A DNA stretch of 63,568 nucleotides, filler included, from Octopus bimaculoides (GCF_001194135.2; 6 parts of 5 records of this genome joined end to end with filler, not necessarily neighbours in it); one strand, 5' to 3'; positions 37,389-52,006 are shown, counted from the whole stretch's first letter. Numbers and translations are program-made. The notes: generated by a model not told the origin, from the letters alone.

Positions 37389-38232
37389 TAAAATAAAATA
37401 AAATAAAATAATATATAATTCACTGAGCTAAATTCCTTCAATTTTCTCACGGAGTGATCTAACCTTCATTAACATATCTATTTGGCAGGACGTATATTCT
37501 GAATTTGAATTTTGATAGAGTCAATTTTGAGGTCATGCTGGAATCGTTGTAACTGGTCTTATATATTTGCTATAACAATGATGTTGAGATATCGATGTAT
37601 ATGAGTTAGTAAAATTAAAATCTTAATTTGGTAGTTTATTATGGCACCTCAATCTCCTGCCTTCAAAAACAACTTTCTCTATCTCTCTCTACTTCCGGTC
37701 AATTATTTTCAGCTATGTAATATTGCAGGTACATTTCTCATGCCATTTTTTCTTTCTTTTGGACTCTTTCCTCTTTCCACCTTCTGACAAAACGTCACAC
37801 CACCTCTTTCTTCAATCTTAAGCCTTCGCTGGTGGACTGGGAGAAATTTTCTTAGAGAAGGAAGTAGTACTAGTACCGAATAGCAATCTTTATAAACTAC
37901 TCAACGATGATTGTGCTTAGCTTCTACTGATGACGTGAAAATACGCAACAATCACTGAATCTAGCTGTTCCACTGCAAGTGCTGGACAGTTTTATTGCTC
38001 AGTATTGACATTTCTGAGCTTTTTAACACTACATCTTCACGAAGTGCTTTCTCAAGACGAATTGGCACTAATACCGCTTCCGTCGCGTCGTCAGTAACAC
38101 ACACACATATATATACAAACATGTATACACACACACATATGTTTGTATGTATGTGTATATATATNNNNNNNNNNNNNNNNNNNNNNNNNNNNNNNNNNNN
38201 NNNNNNNNNNNNNNNNNNNNNNNNNNNNNNNN

Positions 38233-38267
<35 letters not shown>

Positions 38268-38589
38268 GTATACAGAGAGAGAGAGAGAGAGTGTGTGTGT
38301 GTATGTGTGTGTGTATGTGTGTGTGTGCGCGCGTGTGTGCGCGCGTGTGTGTGTGTGTAACCGCTTGTGCTATCTTCTAGCAAGGCCTCTATAAGCACAT
38401 TCTTCCAAAGTGGATGTAATTACTTTGGAGGAGAGACATTATAAGTGTCTCACGATTAGTTTCTTCTTCCGGGGAATGAAGTTCTGGGAAGAGACATAGT
38501 GACAAGAAAAGAGAGAGAGGGAGAGAGAAGGGGGGAGGAAAGGCAGAGACAGACAGACAGTGAGAGAGAAAGGAATCGATCCTTATAAT

Positions 38590-38720
38590 TTACTGATTCT
38601 TATTTTATTCTTCTTGAGAGATAAAAAGTAAAGTTGACCTGAGGCGATATTTGAACTCAGAATGTACAGATCTAGAACGAGTACTGGCAAGCATCTGTCT
38701 GCCGCACCGACATTTCAGTC
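38590..38720 (-). mobile_element. SINE family A, old fragment
   Basis: TAAAGTTGACCTGAGGCGATATTTGAACTCAGAATG matches family A reverse copies. Confidence 0.6.
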
Positions 38721-39234
38721 TATTAACATTTTAATCGCGTGTGTGTCTGTTAAGACATATTGTGTTCCGAATGAAGAACAACGGCATTGAAAGCTGAATG
38801 AAATGGACGACGCTTTCTCGGCCACCCAGTGTGATGATAAGATGATGAGCTATTAATGTGTTGTTACTATGAGGCAATGGAAATTAATCAATTGGAAATT
38901 TCAAGTGGAATAAAAGAAAGTACTTAATTATTCTGATTGATTTTGATTAGTTCATTAACATTTTCTCATTATTTCAGTCAGAGAAATCTATGTAAGATGT
39001 AATTCAAGTGATTTCTAACAATGACGCACATTCTGCATTATCGGTTATAACAACCTCAGTACTTTACTTTACTGGTACGTATATTCTCGATTATGGAATT
39101 ATAAACTCAATTCTGACGTGCAGTTTGAGCTTGTAGCTTAAAGAGCTGTAACTGCAACCAACAAGGTATTTTATATTTACTGCCCTTTGAAATATAAAAA
39201 TATTCATTGCAAAGAGTAACAAAAATTTGAAATA

Positions 39235-39416
39235 TACTGTATTTACTCCTGTACAAGCCGCATAATTTTATACTTGATTTGAACTGGAAAGCTGGAGAGT
39301 GACTTATTTATAAACGGGGGCAAAGTTAAACTATGAAGGGAAATAATTTTGTACTAAGATTTAGCATTAAATTAGCGGGGTGGGGAAGGGCGACTTATAC
39401 AAGAATATGTACGGTA
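39235..39416. mobile_element. Tc2/pogo-like MITE (TA-CCGTA termini)
   Basis: TACTGTATTTACTCCTGTACAAGCCG versus CGACTTATACAAGAATATGTACGGTA (19/26 inverted match including TA). Confidence 0.65.
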
Positions 39417-39639
39417 AATTCTTTCGTTGCAAGTCAGTTGTTTGTTGTTACTGTTGTTTCGCTGCAGTGTAGATGGGTGTGTTGTTTTTGCTGTTTGGAT
39501 TATTTTTCGTCTTCTTCTTGTTCTTGTTGTTGCTGTCGCTGCCGAACAACCGATTGCGATGCTCAAATCAATTGTACGTGTTCTATGACTTTCCCTCGCA
39601 AACAATCATACTGCACACTACGATATACAGTGCAAATCA

Positions 39640-40125
39640 GTGCCACATCAAATGTATTTCAATTTCCAGTCCTGATATTTACTTAATTTGTCAAATTCTT
39701 TTACAGCTATATTTTTTATCAGTGGGAACACTTACATTTATTAGTCTGCAAGTATTTACTCCGTCTTTAATGATTATCTCCGGTCTATTAGCCTGGATTG
39801 TTTTGTAACTGTTGACTGGAAAATCTCAGAGAATTGTGACATATTGACTTCAGTGACTGGCTCAGGATGACGTTCTTACTAGTAAGCAGGATTGCTGATT
39901 TTGCAGTGTTTACATATTTTCCAATGTGAATACTGTCCTACTCTATCGTCGCAATTTTTGTATTCGTTTGGTGTCAGCACAGGACATCCTGAGACGAGAT
40001 GGTCTATTGTTTCATCAAATGTACCGCAGAATCAGCATTTAGGGTCAGAACCGTTCTGAAGATTTTGGTAGATTTTGGTAAGCAAACATTGATCTTTTGC
40101 CGCCAATATGAAACTTTCAGTCACT
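39640..40125 (-). mobile_element. RLE-type non-LTR retrotransposon fragment (R4/Dong-like): CCHC knuckle + PD-(D/E)xK endonuclease
   Basis: Minus strand reads TESFILAAKDQCLLTK...DPKC*FCGTFDETIDHLVSGCPVL...Y.N.DDRVGQY.HW, then frameshifted ANRPEIIIKD...LINVSVP.DK...KEFDKLSKY. Confidence 0.9.
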
Positions 40126-40151
40126 ACTTTCAGTCATGAACGTCTCAGACA

Positions 40152-40380
<229 letters not shown>

Positions 40381-40725
40381 TCATATATACATAAATCTAA
40401 TTCGAAGACTACTGGTCCAATCCATCACTAGAACTGTAAAAATCTGTAAAACTTTCCCGAAGTTTATCATTTAAATATATATATATCAGCATGTCTAGAT
40501 ATGCAACTGTATGCATGAGAATACATACATAGAATAAAACATACAAATCTGCACATACAAAAATACCCTGTTGTTGATGTTGAAATTCCAATCAAGGGGC
40601 TTTAGATCTAGATTAGAAACCGGCTCTTTCTCTATTGGAAAGAAATCTTGAAATAAAACTGAACAATGGCATACATACATACATACATACATACATACAT
40701 ACATACATACATACATACATACATA

Positions 40726-40912
40726 CAAAGGATGCTGAAAAGTTCCTGATTTGGGGTAAGAGAAAATACAGGAAGATCAGTTAATTATGATTTTATTCAA
40801 CCTCTTCCCCTCTCCAGTTTTTCTAAGACCTGTAAAAGAACTCGGAAGCTTGAGCCTCCAACCAGGCCTTTCGTGGTACCCTTAAAGCCAGGAACTTTAT
40901 AATACCCCCTCG
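40726..40912. mobile_element. Mariner-derived MITE, second copy with about 27-nt internal deletion
   Basis: Same TIRs and body as 1924-2137; TA at both ends; inserted at the end of an (ATAC)n tract. Confidence 0.85.
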
Positions 40913-41518
40913 TATTATAAATGTGAAACTCTACCGCATTCATTTTTACAGTGCAGAACGCACTCCTGGGGGTATATTCTATCAGCCATATTCTTGTGAT
41001 ACAGATTTAACATCTTTCTTTTTATCATGCACTAAGTTCTTTAACAATACTGGAAGCCCCTTGTACTTCTAGAATGTTAATATACTGAATATACACAAAC
41101 AAAACTTATGAAATACTTGCTTTCTTCACCAAACACCACGCCAAGAATGTCGGTTAAATTTGGCAAGTTGGCCACTTAAAACTCTTAAAATATACGTCTT
41201 TGGGTCTATTTATTGTAAACTAGAGTCGATCAATCCAATTTCAATTGTGGCTTTAAGTGGCAATTGGCCAACTCCTAATAAAGAGGTCTGGTCACTATAC
41301 ACAAACATTTTTTTCCGCACTTGATCCACTGGTTTGTCTGCTTTTAAAATAATTTTATCACTGTATTCTTTATTGTTTTATTTATTTATCTATTTTTTTA
41401 ATGTTCTTTCTCTCCAGAGAAGAAAAACGTGGTTTCTATATTTTTGTAACATTAATAAAGAGAAATTGTATTTTGTTTCTATAACCCAAAAGCTTTTTAG
41501 ATTCGATCGACTTTCTTC

Positions 41519-41553
<35 letters not shown>

Positions 41554-41716
41554 TGTATGTATGTATGTATGTATGTATGTATGTATGTGTGTGTGTGTAT
41601 GTATGTATGTGTGTGTGTGCACGCGTGCGTGTGTGTGCGTGTGTATGTGTATGTAAATATGTATGTATATGTATGCGTGTTATATATGCTATATATATTA
41701 TATGTGCGTGTGTGTT

Positions 41717-41796
<80 letters not shown>

Positions 41797-41805
41797 GATA
41801 TTTAG

Positions 41806-41852
<47 letters not shown>

Positions 41853-42129
41853 CTCCTCTTTCTCACCTTTATTTTCTAATTTGTTTATTTTGTAGATTTT
41901 CGGTCTCTCTGCTTGTTTAATATATATTTCAGCATTTTTTATGTATTCGACAATTTAACATAAAGTTTGTTTTCTTTCAATCTGAGACTATAGTCAAAGG
42001 ATGAAACACTGAACTTTGAAACACGTTTAGTTCACATCAATAAACTTACACACACAAACACACACATACACGTCTCTGTGTGTGTGTTTGTGTATGTGTA
42101 TGTGTGTGTGGAGATAGATAGATAAAAAA

Positions 42130-42160
<31 letters not shown>

Positions 42161-42758
42161 TACTTAGGTGTATATATATATATATATATATACGCATATA
42201 TGTGGGAATACATATGTATGTATGTATGTATGTATGTATATATAAATGTAGGTATTATTTTGTGACTGGTACTACTCAAAGAACACTATAACCAAGGTGG
42301 GGCTCACTCTTCTTTCAAAAGATGTAAATCAATTATATTGATTCCCGCAATTATTTTAAAACTAGCTTCAACGGGATCTGAAATAAGAAAGATAGCGACC
42401 ATATCAGAACATCAGAAGGTATGCAAGTCCACATGTATGCATGTATGTATGTATCGTACGTACGTATGTATGTTATATAAATGTATATTTCGCATGTGGC
42501 ATATATATTTATCTATTATTGAAACATAAATTGAAGCGTTCTTATTCGCAAAATCAGTGGCAAATATTGTATAATGTTTCCTAATATTTTTCTGTTTCGT
42601 TGTTTACCCTTCGTTAAATATTTGGTTCAAATAAAACGGGAACGAATTACGTTCAAAATCGCTGGTATAAAGAATTGTGAGGTGAAAATGGCTGGTATAA
42701 GGAATTAAGGGCAATTGTGAAAGCAAAGGTTCGCCGTTTTCCATTGTAAATATATAGA

Positions 42759-42962
42759 TTTTAAATTCTGGCACAAGGCCAGCATTTTCAGGAGAAGGAC
42801 TATATTAGTTACATCGATCTCTGTACTCCAATATTACTAATTTTATAGATCCCAAAAAGAATGAAAGCAAAGTCGACCACTGCGAAATTTGAACTCAGAA
42901 CAGACGCAATGCTCCTAAGCATTTTGGCCTGCGTGTTAACGACTCTGCCAACTCGCCGCCTT
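42759..42962 (-). mobile_element. SINE family A
   Basis: TGGCACAAGGCCAGCA...TTTGAACTCAGAAC...CTGCCAACTCGCCGCC. Confidence 0.85.
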
Positions 42963-43054
42963 CATATTTGTAAAATATGGTTAGTAAATATAATAATGAA
43001 ACTGTAAACTTTCATTACCAAAACCTAAAATATATGGTTGAATGCCGTACCTGA

Positions 43055-43101
<47 letters not shown>

Positions 43102-43850
43102 NNNNNNNNNNNNNNNNNNNNNNNNNNNNNNNNNNNNNNNNNNNNTTAATTAATTAANNNNNNNNNNNNNNNNNNNNNNNNNNNNNNNNNNNNNNNNNNN
43201 NTATATATATATATATATATATATATGATTTATTCATGGATATGGGTATCAGATCTGATATTATTTATGATTAAAATTATATTTCACAATATAATATAAA
43301 AAATAGTGACATTAAATGAGATATTCAAACTGGCTTTTCTTTTAATAATTTCACAAAGACTAGGCAGCCATTTTTTTCAATAACGTATATCGTTCGCATG
43401 TTTTAATTTTCCTGTTTCTGAATATAGGGGCAGATGGAATTAAATCTTTGGCCTGGGGATACGGAACAGACACAGAAAAATGAACATGACGAAGATGTTT
43501 AAATAAATGAAGCTGAATTACACAAAAATATCATGCAGAAACACTAAATATATTAATACAACACAACAGCGAAGGTTATTCTTCTGTTCGTTTTTCTATC
43601 ACTCTCTTCTTGATCGTCATGTCTGAATGTGACAAGCGCTGTGAAGTGTTGGGAAAGGAAGATACCAGGTGGCATCACAAGATTGTACATGACAAAATCA
43701 AAGGTATCACCAAGATGGCTATCTGATGTTTGCTTTGTCAAGTTCATCTCAGGCCTAATCGATGAAGAGATTTGCGGCGAGCCTTATATTTATTGAAATG
43801 AATAAATTGAGTTTTGAGGTTTGTGCCTGTTGTAATTGAACTACTACTGT

Positions 43851-44246
43851 GGAGGCGCAATGGCCCAGTGGTTAGGGCAGCGGACTCGCGGTCATAGGAT
43901 CGCGGTTTCGATTCCCAGACCGGGCGTTGTGAGTGTTTATTGAGCGAAAACACCTAAAGCTCCACGAGGATCCGGCAGGGGATGGTGGCGAACCCTGCTG
44001 TACTATTTCTCCACAACTTTCTCTCACTCTTACTTCCTGTTTCTGTTGTGCCTGTAATTCAAAGGGTAAGCCTTGTCATACTGTGTCACGCTGAATATCC
44101 CCGAGAACTATGTTAAGGGTACACGTGTCTGTGGAGTGCTCAGCCACTTGCACGTTAATTTCACGAGCAGGCTGTTCCGTTGATCGGATCAACTGGAACC
44201 CTCGACGTCGTAAGCGACGGAGTGCCAACAACAACAACAAAACAAC
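43851..44246 (+). mobile_element. SINE family C, full length, young, with TSD
   Basis: Intact A and B boxes, (CAA)n tail, 11-bp repeat AATTGAACTAC at 43834-43844 and 44247-44257. Confidence 0.95.
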
Positions 44247-44383
44247 AATTGAACTACCGGATGCAGTATACACATTTAACCGTTATTTAAACGTAATGTT
44301 ATGAACTTCAGTTGCGAAAGGATTAAGAGATATGATGGAAGAAAAAGGTAGTTATTTTGAATTGTAATATATGTAAAATATAT

Positions 44384-44455
44384 GGCAGTGAGCTGGTAGA
44401 ACTGTTAGCACGCCGGGTAAAATGCTCAGCGGCATTTTATCCGTCTTTATGCTTC
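44384..44455 (+). mobile_element. SINE family A, 5' fragment
   Basis: GGCAGTGAGCTGGTAGAACTGTTAGCACGCCGGGTAAAATGCTCAGCGGC. Confidence 0.75.
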
Positions 44456-45090
44456 TGGTATTGAGAAGCCTAATTTCTCAAGATAAGTATTTAGGCAGCA
44501 TGTTATATACCCCAGTGCCCCAATAATTACATATGTATGTATATATGAATGTATGTATGAATCTATGTTTGCATGTGCCTGCGTGCGTGTGTATGTGTGT
44601 GTGCGTGCGTGCGTGTATGTATATATGCATTTATGCATGCAAAACGCTGAAAGAAATGATGGTGGCGGCATAACTATCGTTTCTATAGCTGGTGGAATAA
44701 TTATAGCACTCAATATGGATTATATAAATTTATAAAAATTATATGATTATATGATAAATGAATATACTACCAATCATTTGTTGAAAACTCGTAACGAAAG
44801 TAATAGCTCATATTCACTGCCTTCATTCCATTAATCGTTTGATTTTATCATCAACGACGATTATAACTGGTACGTTTGCCAGATTTTCACTCTGCAAAGT
44901 GATACCTTTTATATCACTATGCTATTTAATTTTATGTATGTATGTATGTATGTATGTATGTATGTATGTATGTATGTATGTATGTATGTATGTTTGTATG
45001 TATGCATGTATGTACGTACGTATGAACGTACATACGTATGTATGAATGCATGTATGTATGCGTGTTCATGTATACATATAAGTTCATATG

Positions 45091-45122
<32 letters not shown>

Positions 45123-46065
45123 NNNNNNNNNNNNNNNNNNNNNNNNNNNNNNNNNNNNNNNNNNNNNNNNNNNNNNNNNNNNNNNNNNNNNNNNNNNNNN
45201 NNNNNNNNNNNNNNNNNNNNNNNNNNNNNNNNNNNNNNNNNNNNNNNNNNNNNNNNNNNNNNNNNNNNNNNNNNNNNNNNNNNNNNNNNNNNNNNNNNNN
45301 NNNNNNNNNNNNNNNNNNNNNNNNNNNNNNNNNNNNNNNNNNNNNNNNNNNNNNNNNNNNNNNNNNNNNNNNNNNNNNNNNNNNNNNNNNNNNNNNNNNN
45401 NNNNNNNNNNNNNNNNNNNNNNNNNNNNNNNNNNNNNNNNNNNNNNNNNNNNNNNNNNNNNNNNNNNNNNNNNNNNNNNNNNNNNNNNNNNNNNNNNNNN
45501 NNNNNNNNNNNNNNNNNNNNNNNNNNNNNNNNNNNNNNNNNNNNNNNNNNNNNNNNNNNNNNNNNNNNNNNNNNNNNNNNNNNNNNNNNNNNNNNNNNNN
45601 NNNNNNNNNNNNNNNNNNNNNNNNNNNNNNNNNNNNNNNNNNNNNNNNNNNNNNNNNNNNNNNNNNNNNNNNNNNNNNNNNNNNNNNNNNNNNNNNNNNN
45701 NNNNNNNNNNNNNNNNNNNNNNNNNNNNNNNNNNNNNNNNNNNNNNNNNNNNNNNNNNNNNNNNNNNNNNNNNNNNNNNNNNNNNNNNNNNNNNNNNNNN
45801 NNNNNNNNNNNNNNNNNNNNNNNNNNNNNNNNNNNNNNNNNNNNNNNNNNNNNNNNNNNNNNNNNNNNNNNNNNNNNNNNNNNNNNNNNNNNNNNNNNNN
45901 NNNNNNNNNNNNNNNNNNNNNNNNNNNNNNNNNNNNNNNNNNNNNNNNNNNNNNNNNNNNNNNNNNNNNNNNNNNNNNNNNNNNNNNNNNNNNNNNNNNN
46001 NNNNNNNNNNNNNNNNNNNNNNNNNNNNNNNNNNNNNNNNNNNNNTATATATATATATATATGTT

Positions 46066-46430
46066 TTGGGTCATCCCATAAATAATGCGGTCTTTTCTAT
46101 TGCATGAACTAAAAGTTGGAGGGGGACGGGATAAATTGCCTGCATCAACTTGCTATAAAAGCAGTTAGCAGGTTTATCTTGTACTTATTCTTAGTGCATG
46201 TTTTGAAGAGTGAAGTTCGATTTTAACAGTTATTTTTTCAAAGCTATAATAGAAGTGACAAACGAGCATATTCACTATATTTTTGCTTAATGAGTCCAAT
46301 TAAGGCAACAACGCAACAGAAAGTGTGAGGAATATTAATGCAGTATATGGGGATCGGACAATTAGCGTAAGCGAGTGTCAACGGTGGTTCCAGAATTTCC
46401 AAGTCGCAGGCGACAGCCTGGAGGGCAAGC
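46066..46430 (+). mobile_element. Mariner 5' fragment (TIR + N-terminal HTH), start codon decayed
   Basis: TIR-like TTGGGTCATCCCATAAATAATGCGGT; decayed EVTNEHIH...GNNATESVRNINAVYGDRTISVSECQRWFQNF matches the mariner HTH (A...I..VYG....S...V.RWF..F). Confidence 0.85.
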
Positions 46431-47085
46431 TGCATCCTATCTATTCGTATTTAAGTACTTTTCTATACATAAGCACATACATATTAACACATAGTACATA
46501 CATGCATGCATACATACACACATACACACACACACACATACATACATACATACATACATACATACATAGGGTACACTGGGTTTCGTATATTTTACCTCAG
46601 TGTCACCTTGATGGCATGCACTGCTCTCTCATGCATACATGCATACGTGCACATACGTATGTATAAATGCATGCAGAGATACGTGCATACGTGCACATGC
46701 ATGCATATCATACATACATGCACGCATACACACACTTACAAACATAAACATGCACACACATATATACATACGTGCATATGTACAAATATACATCAATGCA
46801 CATGCACATAGATGCACTTATATACATGCAGAAATGCACACCTACGTTGAGATTCGCAGCCCTTTATCCCCTCCCTCTCTTCCTCACCATGTCTCCCTCT
46901 CATTCCCTCTCCTCCGTTTTCTCTCTTCCTCCCCCTCTCTCTATGCATGTACACTAAGGAAATAAGAGTGTTCCGTCGCCTAAAATCACATCTTTTATTG
47001 AAAAGATTCGCGCGCGCAACTATTTGAAAGCGTATGCCTTTCCGTATGCGTGTGTATGCGTATGTGTTCATGTATGTGTTTATGT

Positions 47086-47132
<47 letters not shown>

Positions 47133-48080
47133 AACACACACACACACACACAGAGTCTCTCACACACACAAATATATATCTATANNNNNNNNNNNNNNNN
47201 NNNNNNNNNNNNNNNNNNNNNNNNNNNNNNNNNNNNNNNNNNNNNNNNNNNNNNNNNNNNNNNNNNNNNNNNNNNNNNNNNNNNNNNNNNNNNNNNNNNN
47301 NNNNNNNNNNNNNNNNNNNNNNNNNNNNNNNNNNNNNNNNNNNNNNNNNNNNNNNNNNNNNNNNNNNNNNNNNNNNNNNNNNNNNNNNNNNNNNNNNNNN
47401 NNNNNNNNNNNNNNNNNNNNNNNNNNNNNNNNNNNNNNNNNNNNNNNNNNNNNNNNNNNNNNNNNNNNNNNNNNNNNNNNNNNNNNNNNNNNNNNNNNNN
47501 NNNNNNNNNNNNNNNNNNNNNNNNNNNNNNNNNNNNNNNNNNNNNNNNNNNNNNNNNNNNNNNNNNNNNNNNNNNNNNNNNNNNNNNNNNNNNNNNNNNN
47601 NNNNNNNNNNNNNNNNNNNNNNNNNNNNNNNNNNNNNNNNNNNNNNNNNNNNNNNNNNNNNNNNNNNNNNNNNNNNNNNNNNNNNNNNNNNNNNNNNNNN
47701 NNNNNNNNNNNNNNNNNNNNNNNNNNNNNNNNNNNNNNNNNNNNNNNNNNNNNNNNNNNNNNNNNNNNNNNNNNNNNNNNNNNNNNNNNNNNNNNNNNNN
47801 NNNNNNNNNNNNNNNNNNNNNNNNNNNNNNNNNNNNNNNNNNNNNNNNNNNNNNNNNNNNNNNNNNNNNNNNNNNNNNNNNNNNNNNNNNATATATATAT
47901 ATATATATGAATATATATATATATATATATTCATATATACACCACTGATAGCGAGATAACGAGATAACAGTCTATCTGTTATTAAACAAATGCGCTTTTC
48001 AATAATACAATTCAAGATATTTCGCATTCACAAAAATTGTTTATTGTTATTGTTAACGTTAGCGTCATCACTATTCTTAC

Positions 48081-48113
<33 letters not shown>

Positions 48114-48681
48114 CATTGTTATTGTTATTGTTTGTTGTTGTTGTAAGTAGTAGGTCTGTTATTGAATACGTCAAACTAATTATATTCGACGCAGCTCTCT
48201 TTGGCGAAGAAGAATGGCAAGACACACTATAAGACAATGAAACCCGCTGACTACTTACTTTTGCTTATAGTTTAGAGTTTGTGTTGGAATAGATTGGGAA
48301 TAAAGATAGATTAGATACGCATTGAATATATATATATATACATACGTACATACATGCATACATATATAAATATATATATATATATATTATATGTATTAAT
48401 ACATATATATATATTAATATATATGTGTGTGTGTATATAAATATTTATATATATATATACATATATATATATGTATATATATATATGCATATATGTATAT
48501 ATGAGTATGTATATATGTATATATATATAAACATATAAAAGCATATACATATACATACAGACACACACTCACGCACACACATACACACATGCGTACGTAT
48601 GTACGGGCCTGTGTTTGTACTTAAATACGTATGTGTGTGTATGTGAATATATGTTTATGTTTGTGTATGTGTGTGTGTATA

Positions 48682-48714
<33 letters not shown>

Positions 48715-49544
48715 NNNNNNNNNNNNNNNNNNNNNNNNNNNNNNNNNNNNNNNNNNNNNNNNNNNNNNNNNNNNNNNNNNNNNNNNNNNNNNNNNNNNNN
48801 NNNNNNNNNNNNNNNNNNNNNNNNNNNNNNNNNNNNNNNNNNNNNNNNNNNNNNNNNNNNNNNNNNNNNNNNNNNNNNNNNNNNNATATATACATATACG
48901 CACACACACATACACATACGTATACATGTATGTATACGTATGCATATATGCCTTCATACACACGCAGACGTATATGTACTGATAGATAAAAACATATACA
49001 CATCTGTATGCATATAAGTCAGGGTTGAATTTATGCGCTTATGCGCACACAAACACACACACATACACACACTCATATACTCATACACACGCATGCGTAT
49101 ATTAAGCGAAACACAAATAGACATAAGTATAAAGAGACAAAGATGAATGCGTTTGCATTTATATATAAATACAGATTCATGTCTCAACTCACCTTTCTTT
49201 ATAAACACACACACACACATACATACATACATACAATCTCACTTATTTAAGCACTGAATACATTGAGAGATAAACCGGTAAGGCAGGAGAGGACATACTA
49301 AATAGAGAAAGAGAGCAGTAAACGATTGCTCATCTCAACAGACATTGACATAAACAGTGAAGCGAGCTACCTTCCTCCATATAGATGCTCGTGAGAACCG
49401 TCTCGCCACACGACCGCGACCACCTACATCACGTTTAACGACCAAAAGTCAAGCTTCCTTTCCAATCGTCATTGTTAATATGTCGCGGAATATAAATATA
49501 AGCTGGTACATAAGCTGCTATCGCATTCACGGAATTAACATCAC

Positions 49545-50195
49545 GTGGCCTGGGCTGACCAATAGAAGGCCTAAGATCTAGAAACCATTATAGTTTCCTG
49601 CCTCTTGTTCTGAAAGTTCTTAGAATCCATTTGTCCATTCGCCTGCACATTGCCACTATCTTGGTGACATGTATGTGAAGCAAGGCATCGTAGCTCATAT
49701 CAATCTCCAGATCACGTGACTCTGGGATTGCTGCTCCTTTTTGTCCAAAGTTTCGTTGTTGCGGCTTGTGAGCACCAATTAGCTGGTAGCAGAGGACTTG
49801 GAATTTACTGCATTAAATTGCATGTCGTTTTCTTCAGCCCATATATATGTATGACATCTAGGTCTTTCTGTAGAAGATTAACATCGGAAGGTTCCTTGGC
49901 TGCTTGTACTGCTTTTGTGTCATCGGCTGTTTCTGTCATCGTTGGCATGTCTGAAAGAGCCATCATGAACAGTAGCGGCCCCAACACAGTGTCCCGAGGC
50001 ACACCACCCTCTATTACTGCCTTCTTGGATTCTACAGCTTAGCTTGGCTTTTGTCTTTAACAAGCCATGCAACCACTCTCCCAGTTTTCCGACTACGCCG
50101 TGTCTCCGTAGCTTGTAACATATCATCCTGTGATCGACCTCATCAAAGGCCTTTGCAAAATCGAGATATATCACATCCACGTTTGAGCGATTCAT
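49545..50195 (-). mobile_element. CR1-type LINE reverse transcriptase fragment, frameshifted
   Basis: VDVIYLDFAKAFDEVDH...KL...G; TVLGPLLF; ADDTK; LQKDL; WAEENDMQFN; RDLEIDMS; WILRTFRTR. Confidence 0.95.
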
Positions 50196-50553
50196 TAATC
50201 ATATATATACGCATGTATGTGTGTGTTTGTGTGTGTATGCATGCATGTATGTATACACACACATACACACACTGTCTCAGTTTTGTGTGCGCAGAACACG
50301 TCTACACGCCCAGCTACACGGAATGAGAGTGAAGAGAGTTTGGTTTCTTTGCGAGAATATTGAAATCTCCGTTGGTCAGTTCAGGTCACGGTGATACTTC
50401 AGGCATTCCGCGAGAGCACTTTTTTGTTCATTATATAATCTACGTAGTTGAACAGTTGAACAGACGAAACGTTGGCTTAGTTAACATTCCGTGGAGAATG
50501 ATATTTCAATGACAGCAGTTACAACGTGATGTGATAAACAGTATCGTGTTACA

Positions 50554-50762
50554 TACTGCATTTTACGGCATACTAGTCGACGTAGTATACAGCAATAACA
50601 TGTAGCATAAACAATTAAACATCATCACAATCTTGCCAGATCCTGTTGCATTTCACGTGGAATTTTTGGTCTCCAAAATCTTTTTGGTGTATAAGTCGAC
50701 CTACCTATTTGGCTGTAAATTTTAATTTGAAAAATTCGACTTATATGCCGGAAAATACGGTA
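50554..50762. mobile_element. Tc2/pogo-like MITE
   Basis: TACTGCATTTTACGGCATACTAGTCGA versus TCGACTTATATGCCGGAAAATACGGTA (22/27 inverted match). The same TIR appears alone at about 36274-36292. Confidence 0.75.
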
Positions 50763-51255
50763 TCAGTTTGCGTAATATGTTGGTGTGAATTAACTAGAGA
50801 CGAGTGTTTGTAGGACTCAAGACAGGTCGGTTTCTCTATTGATGATTACTGCAGGTTAGTGGTGTATATGCAGTTATTGGTGTATATGCATATATATATN
50901 NNNNNNNNNNNNNNNNNNNNNNNNNNNNNNNNNNNNNNNNNNNNNNNNNNNNNNNNNNNNNNNNNNNNNNNNNNNNNNNNNNNNNNNNNNNNNNNNNNNN
51001 NNNNNNNNNNNNNNNNNNNNTATATATATATATATATATGATTGAAGGAAGTGAGGGAGTGGGGGAAGAGGGATAGAATGATTGTGAGGATGAGTGTTAC
51101 ACATGTGTGTATAGGCGGAGGTAGAACATGTGGAAAGGCGCCCCCTGACGGTGCTGATACTGGTGATGTTTGTAGTGGTAGTGGTAATAGTAGTGGTTGT
51201 GTTTGGGTGGTGGTGGTGGCGGTGGTGATAAATGTAATGATGGCGATCATGACGG

Positions 51256-51297
<42 letters not shown>

Positions 51298-51345
51298 CGA
51301 GGATAATGATGATGACGGGGATAATGATGATGACGATAGTGCTGC

Positions 51346-51377
<32 letters not shown>

Positions 51378-51684
51378 ATGATGATAATAGTTTACGTAGA
51401 TTACATAGATATAGAATTTTCTTATTATCATTGCAGATATTTTTGATGTTTCTCTGGTTGTTGTTGTTATTGTTGTAGTTGTTATTGTTGTTGTTGTTAT
51501 TGTTGTTGTTAATTCGTATGGGGGAGTGACAAGGACTTAATGTCATGTGACTACGTGACAATGTGCGTATGCGCTTGACAGTATATGCGTGTGTTCTTTC
51601 TCTAGTATATTTATGTATGTGTGAGTTCTGTTTCATTTATATCACTTCAATTTATTCGTTGGTTGAATATTCATGTCATTTTGC

Positions 51685-51758
<74 letters not shown>

Positions 51759-51759
51759 G

Positions 51760-51811
<52 letters not shown>

Positions 51812-51853
51812 GTCCCATCTTCGTTGAGCCCTGTGTGGCTAATAAAAGAAATG

Positions 51854-51908
<55 letters not shown>

Positions 51909-52006
51909 GTCTATCTATCTATCTATCTATGTCTATCTATCTATCTATCTATCTATCTATGTCTATCTATCTATCTATCTATGTCTATCTATCTATCTAT
52001 CTATCT
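51685..52006. repeat. (TCTA)n tetranucleotide arrays
   Basis: Visible directly. Confidence 0.95.

Noticed and set aside
43615-43720. RTE-like peptide KRCEVLGKE...HDKIKGIT
   Set aside because: Too short and diverged to call without a database search.
43851-43925. tRNA gene
   Set aside because: The A/B boxes belong to a SINE head that continues into a multi-copy body; no complete cloverleaf is supported.
50874-51636. His-, Asp- and Ser-rich ORFs resembling metal-binding or biomineral proteins
   Set aside because: Frame-dependent readings of (GAT/GCT/GTT)n repeats with no unique coding context.
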